64,000 nt of DNA from a virus (IMGVR_UViG_2524614847_000004:71534-135533), one strand, 5' to 3'; positions 50,155 to 60,520 are shown, numbered from the stretch's first letter. Numbers and translations: made by a program. The notes: generated from the sequence alone by a model not told the origin.

Positions 50155-50193
50155 TAGGCATTCCACCCTTCATCATTGATTATATCAAATTAT

Positions 50194-50228
50194 AGCACAT
50201 GCGTTCTATAAAAGCAAACATTTGTGCT
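50194..50228. promoter_or_regulatory. Tandem SOS-like boxes upstream of lexA
   Basis: aGCACatgcGTTCt and cAAACatttGTGCt. Confidence 0.6.
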
Positions 50229-50278
50229 ATAAATTTCATAAAAAATAAGCCAGTCATTTTGACCAGCCTATTGTATTA

Positions 50279-50515
50279 TTATTTAGTTTTATCACTGTTA
50301 GCAATTAAATCCTTTAATTCAGAAATTGACATATTATTATCTTCAAGTACGGTAGACAATTCCTTAAGTTGTTCTAATTTAATTTCTTCTTGTATTTGTT
50401 TCTCTCTTTCCTGAAGCGTTTTGATTGCTACTTTATATTGCTCTATCGAATCTTGTGTATTTTTTAGTTCTTCCTGTAATTTTTCAAGTGATGATTTACG
50501 AACTCCTCTAGGCAT
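50279..50515 (-). CDS. Small coiled-coil protein
   Basis: Heptad-rich 78 aa, GAGG SD. Confidence 0.65.
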   Translation of the reverse strand: MPRGVRKSSLEKLQEELKNTQDSIEQYKVAIKTLQEREKQIQEEIKLEQLKELSTVLEDNNMSISELKDLIANSDKTK

Positions 50516-50645
50516 AAGATTACCTCACTATTAATATATTATATAACAGTTTGATTATGTACTAAAATAAAAAATATGTCAACCCCATACTTCTTATTTC
50601 AATACATAATCTTTACGATGTGCGAAACTCTCCTTTCCTAATAAG

Positions 50646-50669
50646 TGATTACCTTTTTGATTACCTTTT
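50646..50669. repeat. Tandem 12-bp repeat, putative integrase arm site
   Basis: TGATTACCTTTT twice, about 50 bp left of the att core. Confidence 0.55.
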
Positions 50670-50717
50670 GAATATTGTCATTAAAACCCCTTATTTTATA
50701 AGCCTTTTACAACCTCG

Positions 50718-50758
50718 TGGGGGCCGAGAGGTCGCAGGTTCAAATCCTGTTACTCCGA
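50718..50758 (+). other. 3' half of tRNA-Pro, attachment-site core
   Basis: Anticodon 3' side ccgag, aggtc, T-arm gcagg-ttcaaat-cctgt, acceptor end ..ctccga; no D-arm; next to an integrase. Confidence 0.8.
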
Positions 50759-50789
50759 TTGGTTAAAGAATGCTGAAAGCCCTATATTA

Positions 50790-52147
50790 TCAGGCTTCCA
50801 GCGTTTTTTTATTTCCATATTTATTGCTATTTTTTGAAGACAGTTGAAGACAGTTATCATTTGTGTGTAAAATAGATGATTTTTTAACCTTTTCTTTGGT
50901 TTCGCTTTCTCGGAATGGATTGTAAATATACTTTAATGTAGTCTCTTTAGTGGTATGTCCCAGCCATCTACGGATTTCTTCAAGTCCCCATCCCATTGCA
51001 TCCATCCTACTTGCTACAGTGCGCCTAATACAGTGAGAACGTTTCATATTTTCTTTTTCTTGCCAGCCTAGTGCTATTTCAGCCTTCTCTAGCCGATGGA
51101 CAAAAACCATTTTGTCCGCTCTAGACCCATCTTCTTTAACGAAGATAAATTCAGAAAGCAACTTGCAATCTCTCTTAATTCTTTTGAAGACTTCTATTAG
51201 TTCATCACTTAGATCCAGTTCTCTATACCCCGCTTCAGAATCTGATTTTACATAATCAACCACATTACCAGAACTATCTTCCATTCTTTGAATAAAAATG
51301 GTTTCATTCTTCCAATTTATATCAGTCCATTTCAAGCCAATTCAAAGTTGCCTTTAAGTCCAAGGTTTGCTATATTACCGTTTACGCAATATCCTCTTTC
51401 AAACTCACTAACGAGATCGTCAATCTTATCTGGATAAAAAACCATATCGGCTGATGGCTTGATTCGCTCTGATTTAAAAAGGTGAGTATATTCCAATTCT
51501 TCCTTGTTCCATGGGTTTTCAGTTATCCACCCTCGTCTCTTGGCATATTTCAATGAACCTGTAATTACGATCTTGTTAGTGTTGAAAGATTTAGCAGTCA
51601 TTTTATGTTCTAATAAAATATCTATAGCCCAATTTTCTAGATCAATTGTCTTAATTGAAGCTAAAGGCATTAGGTCTATTTTTGTACCACTGACATATTT
51701 ATTGTAACTGGCTATATTTTGCTTTCTGGTTTGCTCTGAGTTGTTTTTCTTTTTGCACTTATAGTCAAGCCATTCGTTAAAGATATCTTTCAAACACAAC
51801 TTTTTTTTATCCGAACTATTAAAATAAAAATCATAAAGTTTGGAGATCATGCTATCGTAGTTTTGTGCCTTAACATTTCTCCTATTATTTACCTTTGTTT
51901 CATCTGGAACCCAAGTTCCAACCCTCCCATCAGTCAAAGTTGTAATAGCATATTTGTGGACAGATTTTACTTTTTGTTCTTTTATCATTTTAGCTTGTAA
52001 TAGCATCGTGTACGGATCAATTATACCACACTCAACTAGCTCAAGCCATCTATTTTCTTCTAATGCGGTAAGGTTATATTGAATAAGGATTTTATAAATT
52101 TGAACTAATTCTTCTTCATCATGTACTTTATTATTTGTTTCTGCTAT
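50790..52147 (-). pseudogene. int: Tyrosine integrase, frameshifted at about 51335 and lacking the catalytic R-x-x-E segment
   Basis: Two ORFs (NFELA* then LKWTDI); HCIRR, LGH and TTLKY retained; frame open upstream to ATA 52147 after a GGTGA SD. Confidence 0.85.
50834..50853. repeat. Tandem 10-bp repeat, putative arm site of element B
   Basis: TTGAAGACAG twice, within the integrase 3' end. Confidence 0.45.
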
Positions 52148-52167
52148 ATCAAATCACCTACCGCCCC

Positions 52168-52713
52168 TTAATACCAATAACAATGATACTTTGTTTTTAA
52201 ATACAATGTTTTTCCTTTTGGCACCGATTGAGATTGCCCGATCACATAATCAGGTAACATACTACCATTTTCTAAGATATATCTTGCATTATCCCAGTTA
52301 CTCTGCTGTATATCTCTATTTACATTTCCATCATACCAAGACAAATACTGTATACCCCATCGCTTATCCTTCGCAACCTCAATGGCTGTATTGGGATAAT
52401 CTTTATGATTAATCCTATTCTTTAAAACCGACAATACATATCTCTGCTCCTGATCGTCGCATGATTGCGCTTCTCCACAAGCAGTCTTAGCAAACACCAG
52501 TAAATCTTCCTGTGAATAAGTAACTTCTACGTCAGACAAGTATTCCGACATTATGTATGCATATTCGTCTTGAGTAGTAATCATGCTCCAGCCACTCTTC
52601 TCCAGAATGACTTCAAACTCCGTATTCAACAAAGTTTGACCCAATACTTTGCTTCCGGTGTTAGGCTGCGCACGAATATTTACTCTAGGAGTATTAGCAT
52701 ATTTAATCGCCAT
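52168..52713 (-). CDS. SH3b plus SleB/Hydrolase_2 cell wall hydrolase (possibly N-terminally truncated)
   Basis: VNIRAQPNT.S..W..I..AYI..EYL; GEA..V..V.KNR..YPNT..QY. Confidence 0.75.
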   Translation of the reverse strand: MAIKYANTPRVNIRAQPNTGSKVLGQTLLNTEFEVILEKSGWSMITTQDEYAYIMSEYLSDVEVTYSQEDLLVFAKTACGEAQSCDDQEQRYVLSVLKNRINHKDYPNTAIEVAKDKRWGIQYLSWYDGNVNRDIQQSNWDNARYILENGSMLPDYVIGQSQSVPKGKTLYLKTKYHCYWY

Positions 52714-52996
52714 CAGATACAGAAATAACTATCTGTCTCTCTTTTCTTCCATAACAATTAGTGTCGCAAATTAAAATTCTCCAACCATACTCGTTTGGAT
52801 CTGACACAGACGTTTAGTTAATCATTTACTTCTAACACTTTAATGTTGGAAGCTCCCCAAGCTGTGCCATCTAACATATCAGATAATTGTTCTTCAATTT
52901 CTTCGTTTGAATAAACTTCATCACTATCAAGCCAAAAGTCTAATTTTACCGTGTAAGTCATTTTTCCTCCCTAAATGAATCGTTACTTTCATATGT

Positions 52997-53206
52997 CTAC
53001 TTATTCAACGCCTCATATATAATATCTTCATATTTACCCAATAAAGCATCACGTTTTCTACAAATTGGAGGTAGACCCTGATACTGATCGCAGCCTCCTA
53101 TATTTGAAACCCTGAACAATGAGAAGTCTCTTTTCTTGGACTTCTCAGTAATTTCTTCAATAAACAAATATAAGTCTTTTATACACTGTTGCTCGGTTTT
53201 GTTCAT
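52997..53206 (-). CDS. Hypothetical protein
   Basis: AAGGAG SD, overlaps the upstream gene's stop. Confidence 0.55.
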   Translation of the reverse strand: MNKTEQQCIKDLYLFIEEITEKSKKRDFSLFRVSNIGGCDQYQGLPPICRKRDALLGKYEDIIYEALNK

Positions 53207-53487
53207 TCGACATTCTCCTTCTTGACTGGATAAATATCAGGTCTACTTCTCCTGGCTTCTCTTGCCATTAACACATATTGACATTTATGTATTCCGTCAC
53301 AAAAGTCTCCTAATTCCATTGGGTGAGTAGCCGGAAGTTTTACAAATGCATTCCAAGCTGCCACAAGATTATCTAAGATTTCTTTTTCTACTTTTAAGTC
53401 ATGATCTATTGGAGCATAAAATTTCCCTGTCATACGTGCAACATCTATTGGTTTTAAGATTCTTTCTTTACCTGAACTGATAAACAT
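53203..53487 (-). CDS. Hypothetical phage protein
   Basis: AWN.F..L...HP....DF..GIH..Q..L..R motif. Confidence 0.6.
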   Translation of the reverse strand: MFISSGKERILKPIDVARMTGKFYAPIDHDLKVEKEILDNLVAAWNAFVKLPATHPMELGDFCDGIHKCQYVLMAREARRSRPDIYPVKKENVE

Positions 53488-53593
53488 AAATATTCTCCCT
53501 TCTCAATAAATCCTCTCTTTCATGCAGTTAGTAGTTGCCTTTTCATAAGCTCCATTTGATTTTTTTATTTCTGCCTCCGAGTAAATTTTTACT

Positions 53594-54010
53594 ATGTGTA
53601 ATAAAAAACAATATATTATCATATATACTATTAATCCAAATTATAATAAGGAACATTTTAAAATGAATGGCCTATCACAGAACAATTTAAAAGATGAACT
53701 AATTTTATCTTTACTAGATTCTTATATAACCTCTGCGATTAACCAATACTATAATGAGTATTTCAATACTGAATTAGAGGTTTACAATTATGAAAATGAA
53801 GTTCTTGATATCACAAGTTTAAATTACCTGACTGTAAGAATCGGAGTGTTTCCTCAAATAGGTGCTCATAATCCTGTTGGATATGATAGACTCACCTATA
53901 CAGTTGATGCAAATGGAACCGTCATATTGCAAAAATATGAGCATCTAGCATCTTATGAAATACCACCTCATTTAAAAGACAGTATTATTAAACCACTACC
54001 TAGAAATTGA
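53594..54010 (+). CDS. DUF3888-like protein (moron)
   Basis: I..AI..YY..V.P.IGAHNPVG.D..TY pattern; opposite strand to its neighbours. Confidence 0.55.
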   Translation: MCNKKQYIIIYTINPNYNKEHFKMNGLSQNNLKDELILSLLDSYITSAINQYYNEYFNTELEVYNYENEVLDITSLNYLTVRIGVFPQIGAHNPVGYDRLTYTVDANGTVILQKYEHLASYEIPPHLKDSIIKPLPRN

Positions 54011-54048
54011 ATGCCATACTTTGCTATTTATAACTTCCTTTGAAATCG

Positions 54049-54237
54049 TCATTCTATGCCTTCTCTAATAAACATTTCCTCATTCTCTTCTTGAAGTTCG
54101 CATTCACCACGTTCAAATACAGGACAATCAGGTTTGCACCCCCATGTCATCCCAAATCTTTCACATTCGTTTTCAAAATGCGTAGCGTGACTCCCTATAT
54201 CCGCAAGCGTATTAGCAAGTAATGCTCTATTGCTCAT
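54049..54237 (-). CDS. Small Cys-rich hypothetical protein
   Basis: AAAGGA SD; C..FG..WGC..DCPV..GEC. Confidence 0.55.
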   Translation of the reverse strand: MSNRALLANTLADIGSHATHFENECERFGMTWGCKPDCPVFERGECELQEENEEMFIREGIE

Positions 54238-54271
54238 TAATTTTCCTTTCTATGTTAAAATCATTCTTCTA

Positions 54272-54508
54272 TTAAGATTTTCCTTTGTACAGTGTTTCTA
54301 TTTCACATACGATTTCTGTATTTATTTGCTCTTGTGATTCTGGCATTGTAGAATACCAATTTTCTCCTAAGAAATATTTACACAATTCATTTAGTGCAAC
54401 TTGAGCCTTCATCGGCGGAGAACATAATCCATAGTCTTTCCCATCTGTTAATTGTAAAATTCTCCTTATCTTTTCATTATCTGTTTCCTTATTTTTAAGC
54501 TTAAACAT
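54272..54508 (-). CDS. Hypothetical phage protein
   Basis: PP..AQ.A..EL..YFLGE.WY..Q.NTE.V motif. Confidence 0.6.
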   Translation of the reverse strand: MFKLKNKETDNEKIRRILQLTDGKDYGLCSPPMKAQVALNELCKYFLGENWYSTMPESQEQINTEIVCEIETLYKGKS

Positions 54509-54653
54509 TTCTATATCACTTCTTTCCGGTTTATCTCCATCGAGAGGATAGAATCTCTAATTTACATAAAATTCCATTATATAATTTACACTAATTGTAA
54601 CGTAACACTGTTTATAATATTATTATAGAAAAATACAGGGAGGTAATTTTACT

Positions 54654-55199
54654 ATGAATCTAGATCCAAATGTTATTGAATTGAGTGGTGTTCTAGTAGC
54701 TCTATTAGTTGGTACTGTATCAATTTTAATATCTGTTTTCTCCTTAATTCAAAATTCAAAAATGATAGAAGAATCAACCAGGCCAGTTATTTCTATTTAT
54801 GGAGCAATGACAAATTTGGGTACACCTCAGCATTATATTGTAGTTAAAAACTTTGGACAAACTACTGCAACTATAACAAAGTTTGATTATGATATTAAAT
54901 TTAATATAGAGAAAGCATATGCTGGGAGAAGTAATGATCATGATTGGTTAAAAGATTTAGTTACCGCCAATCTTGCTCCGGGTCAATCACAAATATGCGC
55001 TTTAAATTACGATAGAATAAACAAGCCGGTTACATTTACTTATGAATACAAAACATCTACGAAAACCTATAAAGAAAAGGTAACGATTAATTTAAAAGCC
55101 GGGATTGCAATGATAAAGGAAAAAAGCGATGGCATAAATAACGATTCACTCAAGGCAATATCCTATACATTACAAGGAATGTATCAAAAAAATCTATAA
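54654..55199 (+). CDS. Single-TM membrane protein (moron)
   Basis: TATAAT and GGGAGG SD upstream, N-terminal TM, RP.I..VKNFG...A motif, terminator at 55211-55237. Confidence 0.75.
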   Translation: MNLDPNVIELSGVLVALLVGTVSILISVFSLIQNSKMIEESTRPVISIYGAMTNLGTPQHYIVVKNFGQTTATITKFDYDIKFNIEKAYAGRSNDHDWLKDLVTANLAPGQSQICALNYDRINKPVTFTYEYKTSTKTYKEKVTINLKAGIAMIKEKSDGINNDSLKAISYTLQGMYQKNL

Positions 55200-55780
55200 T
55201 GTATCTTTCTGACCAGCAAGCATTAGCTGGTCTTTTTAGTTTAAATTTTAATTTTATGTACGCTAATTGCAGGTGATGTAATCACCAGATAAAAGCGGAG
55301 TTTGCTTTCATATTACATATTCATAGATGGATAACCGGCTTGAAATAAGCCTACAGAAATGTTATATTAGACATAACATTCATGCTATCCGCTAGGCGTT
55401 GCTTACTGACAGGTAGAGTCGGCGTCTAAACTTCCTCTATCTGTCTTTTTAATTATGGGTTTTAATATGTAAATTCCGTTATCTATATTCATCTGATAAT
55501 TCTACCTCTGAATGTAAATATTTTTTGAGTTATTCCTTTCAGCAAGTGCTTCTATGATTCCGTTTCTATAATCTCTTCCTATATGAATCTACCAAGGTGA
55601 CCGTGACAACTGGGTATGGCAACCCTGATGTAATAACATAAGGTGAAAATCTTAATACAAATAAATTTTAAGACTTTGTCGTTTCTTGTAAAGTATTGCG
55701 ATGTAAATTTTCTAATAATTCAAGTAAATATGATATAATAGCATTAGTGTTAGCAACAATTTTAAAAAAGGAGGAAAACA

Positions 55781-56386
55781 ATGAATAAAAAATTGCATAA
55801 AATTAGCACAATTCTTTTATCTGTAATGTTATCTTTTTCACTTTTTAATTTAGCTTTTGCCGAAGAAGGATCAAAGTTTGAAGCACGATCAATTACTGCT
55901 GAACCAGAAGGGATAGTATTTAAAACAGGTAGCCAAGATGAGTTTGAAGCACTAGTACAGGAGATCGAGGAAGGTAATGCTCGTGCCAAACAAATGTGGG
56001 AAGCATCTAAAGCTAGAGCGGTGTCTCCAAATAATGAATCATTTTTAGAAAATCCTTTAATTGCACCAAGGTCTTATGGATCTACAAACTATACATACAA
56101 GTTTGATAGTAACCATAAGATTGGGTTAATCCTTCGTTATGATACATCTACTAGTGGAGGAGTAAAACATTTTACAGATGTAATTGGTTTCTTGGTTAAG
56201 CCACATAATGACACTACTGGTGTTGATGATGTATATTGGGAGTATGAATACTTAGACAGTAAACGTACTGTTGCTGTAAATACCTCCTTCATTGTATCGA
56301 TTCTAAAAAATGATGGTATATATTATAATTACGATGTTACGAAGTATGTAGAATATTATGCTTCTGGCGGTGCTAATGGATATTAA
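55781..56386 (+). CDS. Secreted protein (moron)
   Basis: TGnTATAAT upstream, AGGAGG SD, signal peptide ending AFA. Confidence 0.75.
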   Translation: MNKKLHKISTILLSVMLSFSLFNLAFAEEGSKFEARSITAEPEGIVFKTGSQDEFEALVQEIEEGNARAKQMWEASKARAVSPNNESFLENPLIAPRSYGSTNYTYKFDSNHKIGLILRYDTSTSGGVKHFTDVIGFLVKPHNDTTGVDDVYWEYEYLDSKRTVAVNTSFIVSILKNDGIYYNYDVTKYVEYYASGGANGY

Positions 56387-56558
56387 AAAATACTTACTGC
56401 CTACACTTTTATCATTATTTTCGGTACCTCTCAGTTATATAGCAACAAGTTTTATGATGTTGGCACCATTTTCAGTTAACTATAATACTACAGTGTGTCT
56501 GTTTACTTTATCATTTAATGTAACTTCTATCATTTTAATAATTACTCAGAAAAAATAA
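56376..56558 (+). CDS. Small two-TM protein coupled to the upstream gene
   Basis: MDIKKYLL.. with two hydrophobic segments; overlaps the upstream stop. Confidence 0.5.
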   Translation: MDIKKYLLPTLLSLFSVPLSYIATSFMMLAPFSVNYNTTVCLFTLSFNVTSIILIITQKK

Positions 56559-57368
56559 TTGCTAACACTATTGAGCATCGGACTATCCGTTGCTCTTTTA
56601 ATTGGGGACTGAAATTATTCGATATTGACCTGTATCTTAAATTTAAGACGCAGATATTTTTAACCAATGGATTTTTCCGTCCGTTTAATCACTCAGACCC
56701 AAATTGGGCATCTGTCGGAAATTTTCGATTGTTCAATCACTTAGGCGAAAATCCTCTTTAGTCCAATTGTTTCTAATTAGAGACGGTTCATGCTCCCAAA
56801 TCTAGGAACGTCACTTAAATAATCAGCTTCGACAAATCAGTCCCCAAATCAGAGGACATTGATTTTACTGGCTTAAAGCGAGGACTTCGCCAGATAATGA
56901 CGTTGGATTCGCTCCCCAGTTTTGGGGCATCAATATTTCACTCACCCATTTTTCGTGATAATCATATGCTTAATTTCTTCTGTAGTAACATTAATTGTAA
57001 TACTTCTTTTTTTGTTAAGCATTTCATTTTTAGCAAAATTCAATTATGTACACCTAATACGTCAACGTTAAAATCATCAAGCATATAACAGTATCCATAG
57101 TAATAACCATCTCTTTCGTCAACCGAAGCTACCATTTTATTATCAATAAATAGCATAGACCCATAATCCTCAGTACCATCAGAATCAATCCATGTATAAT
57201 TTCCCACCTCACGCCTCCTATTCAAACAATCGAAGTCCAAAAAACAAATCATTACAACCACTACATATACCAACTATTCCATCGATTACTCTCCATGACT
57301 TAATCAACCCATCGCAATCAATATCATTTTTCTTACTCATGTTCATTTTTCCTCCTTAAATTACTCGT

Positions 57369-57650
57369 TTATAAAATTGCTAACTTCTCTTCATAATCCG
57401 CAAGTTGTCTCGTCAACTCATTAACAACTACCTCCATAAGTGCGGCATTTCCATCGTATCTTGCAAGATTTCCACGTTTTCCAGATCCGTCTCTATGTTC
57501 ACATATATAGAGGTTATACAGTTTATCATCGTGAATTCTTTCCTTATCTCTTTCCTCTGGTTTTAACTCAGATAAATTATTCAAAGCATTCTTTGTTACT
57601 TTTATAAGTTCTAATAATTCTTGTCCTTCTTTTAACTGTTCTGTTGTCAT
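57369..57650 (-). CDS. Hypothetical protein
   Basis: GGAG SD, helical sequence. Confidence 0.55.
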   Translation of the reverse strand: MTTEQLKEGQELLELIKVTKNALNNLSELKPEERDKERIHDDKLYNLYICEHRDGSGKRGNLARYDGNAALMEVVVNELTRQLADYEEKLAIL

Positions 57651-57954
57651 TTATATATTCTCCATTCTCCCGAAGAAATCGAGCTTTTATTATACTTATG
57701 TATAGTTGATAGCAAAGTAAATTACATATATCCAGCTTAAGCAACCATGTAAAATCGCCCACCATATGCTGTGCCAAGATGTCCACGATATAACAATTGC
57801 TAATGCACATCCAAAACTAATTCCGGAACTAACTGTTATATTTCTTTCTCCGTTCATTTATATCCTCCTGTTAAAACCACTGTTTCAAATGAATTTGCTT
57901 TTCTCTAATAATTTGATATAATACTGATAGTATAGATATGGAGGATATGATATT

Positions 57955-58425
57955 ATGAAGCCCAAAAATAACGATATAAAAATAAACGCCATACCCAAAT
58001 CAGTTTTTACTCCATTTAAAAATAGCAAAGCTATATCTGTTTTTTTCTCTCTTATATGTACACTTTTTTCTTTAATTATCTTAGTTAACGTACTATTAGG
58101 AAAAATATCTTTTTCTGTTGAACAGTTACGTGAAGTCTGTAATTTTACAATTTCATTTATATTTGCCATATCCGCTCTCGGATTCACCATTTTTAGTATT
58201 CATTTAAAGCAGGAACATCCAAAAAAAGAAGATATAATATTTAGTTATATTGGAGAAATTATATTACTGGCATCTATGAATATTTTTGCGTATATAATAT
58301 CTTTTTTGAATTTTTTACCTTCATTTACACTTGGTATAATGTCTTGTTCTTTATTATTTTTATTATCCAGGTGTATAAGCGGATTGCTTAGTACAATTGT
58401 TGCATATTTTAACATTAGAGACTGA
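57955..58425 (+). CDS. Four-TM membrane protein (moron)
   Basis: TGnTATAAT and GGAGG SD upstream; very AT-rich and hydrophobic. Confidence 0.65.
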   Translation: MKPKNNDIKINAIPKSVFTPFKNSKAISVFFSLICTLFSLIILVNVLLGKISFSVEQLREVCNFTISFIFAISALGFTIFSIHLKQEHPKKEDIIFSYIGEIILLASMNIFAYIISFLNFLPSFTLGIMSCSLLFLLSRCISGLLSTIVAYFNIRD

Positions 58426-58597
58426 TGAAAGGTTTCATTCAACTACATACTAATAAGGAAGACAAGTTATTGAGGAACCTCTTTTAATTCAATCCTCGTC
58501 CTTCTCACCTCGCTTTTCCAATGAAAAATATGTTTTATTGGCTTATAACTGTGCCAATAAACTCTTGGCCGGTTCCTTGATCACTATTTCATTCTCC

Positions 58598-59230
58598 TTA
58601 CCTCAAGTAATTCTTTAAATAATATTCAAAATACTTCTTTATAAACAAAGCCGAGTACTTGTTATCTGGCATAAACGTAATTGGTACATCATATTTAAAC
58701 CAAAAACTATGTAGTGAAGCTAAAAATGACTTCTTATTATATTGAGTGTTGTAATTTCCGGTTGCAACATCAGAATAATTCGCATTTTCAATAAGCAACA
58801 CCTTTGTCTTAGGAGCAAGACACAGTTCTTTTTCAAACCGATCTCGCTCCTTTGTCAAATTACCACTAATTTCTTCAAGACTGGCTTTTCTTTCAATACA
58901 AACCTTCTTATTAAAATACATATCTCTTGGTATCGAAAGTTCTTCGTTCTTTGGTAGTGCAAAGCTATAATCTCCGTATTCCAAAGCTTTTTTCTTATGT
59001 GTGATACCATTTTTATCAAAACTATCTGTAATATGGGTGTTTATTTTTTCACGTGTATCTACCAAAATTACAATTGAAGAAACCAGCTCATCTATTTCTT
59101 TGTCTGTATACCTGTAGCAACTAAGCAATCCTTGTCTTAGAGGAAGTCCTTGGCTCGATTCCTCGAAAAAAGTCTTCATACATCTGAGTTTCTTTATATT
59201 CTGGATATCATTCTGTTCATGAAATGTCAT
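58598..59230 (-). CDS. ERCC4-domain nuclease
   Basis: VDTREK, GDYS, IERK..LEE and RFEKE motifs. Confidence 0.85.
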   Translation of the reverse strand: MTFHEQNDIQNIKKLRCMKTFFEESSQGLPLRQGLLSCYRYTDKEIDELVSSIVILVDTREKINTHITDSFDKNGITHKKKALEYGDYSFALPKNEELSIPRDMYFNKKVCIERKASLEEISGNLTKERDRFEKELCLAPKTKVLLIENANYSDVATGNYNTQYNKKSFLASLHSFWFKYDVPITFMPDNKYSALFIKKYFEYYLKNYLR

Positions 59231-59537
59231 GATTTCACCTCCGTTTTAATTCCGACTTGTGACAGTTCAGCACCTGCTAAGTGCATTAAAACGACAATAT
59301 ATCAGCCGTTCTGCTCCTTTTAGATAACTGCTTTGCCGTCCAATTTATATTAGCTCTTTTCAACATATTATTATCCTCCTTTAGATAGTTCTTTTATTTA
59401 CGTACAATTTATTTGCTAATACTCCATGTCTACAAGAAAATAGCCAGCAACATTTGACTGCTGCTGACCTTGTAATTATTCTATTTCTTCCACTAAATGT
59501 AATGTGGAGTCTTATTATTTTCTTCTTGTTAGAATTT

Positions 59538-59744
59538 TTATTTATCACTAAATAGTATAACCGTTTCTCCATCATCTTCCATTGATAATAACACTTGCTC
59601 ATCATCGTTATTCCACATGTAGCTATGAATATGTTTACTTAAAGTAAAATCTCCATATATACTTGTTAGTGCTGTTTTTAGTATTCCAAACCTTTCTTCA
59701 TCTTCTGTTTTGGTCGAATATTTATCAGTGAAATTTATCAGCAT
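59538..59744 (-). CDS. Hypothetical protein (possible remnant)
   Basis: ORF with a weak SD. Confidence 0.35.
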   Translation of the reverse strand: MLINFTDKYSTKTEDEERFGILKTALTSIYGDFTLSKHIHSYMWNNDDEQVLLSMEDDGETVILFSDK

Positions 59745-60520
59745 ACCTTCAAGTTTTCCATCATCATTGTGTGGGATTAATTTACTTTACTAATTAAAGA
59801 TATCAAACACTTATTTTATTCCCATGAGTCATACAAAAAAGACCACCAACTTGTAGTTAGTGGCGTATTCAGAAAGGGGCGTTGCGTATCAACACCCCTT
59901 TTATAGATAATAAATAATATTTTATTATATTTCACTCTGACTCATTCTTTTTGTTAGGCTCCCCTCTTACTACTCGGTAAATTGGTATTGATATTAAAAA
60001 TAGCGGGAACAGCCATATAGTACCATTATAATATGCAATTGACGAATTACCTCTTAGTTCACATATTATTAAACTTTCGAAAGTAGCCATTGAAATATAA
60101 ATGCTATTAGATATTCTTACATCATTCATTTTAAACCTCATGTTTTCTGATAAACTGGATCAATATAATTTGATGTTCTAATATATACTTACATCTCTCC
60201 AGTGCTTACTTATTATGGTGTCAGTTTATTATATAACTTTACTTAATAAAACTAAATACCTATCTGTCGCATTCTTCGACAATATAAATTCTTTATAACT
60301 TTCAAATCCTGATTTTATATACATTTATTAAAGTTCCATTCAAATATTTCAACGGCTCTTTCTAATGTTACAACGCCAAGATCCTTAATTTCCTCTTTAT
60401 ATTTCCACGCAAATCCATTTTCGTGTCTAAATAAAACTGCTGGTCTTCCGTATAAAATTGCCATTCCCATAATGATATCGTTTATATTAATCAACTCCTT
60501 TTCAATTTAAAATTGTGGTT

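Larger units (their letters stand above)
1..50758. mobile_element. SPbeta-like prophage A (left end lies outside the window; right end at the tRNA-Pro att site)
   Basis: Contiguous terminase-portal-capsid-tail module in SPbeta-like gene order, followed by accessory genes and a tRNA 3' fragment. Confidence 0.8.

Noticed and set aside
50700-50760. Functional tRNA-Pro
   Set aside because: The 5' acceptor strand and D-arm are absent; treated as an att core
55620-55652. Hammerhead-like CTGATG..GAAA
   Set aside because: Core reads CUGAUGU rather than CUGAUGA and stems II and III do not form
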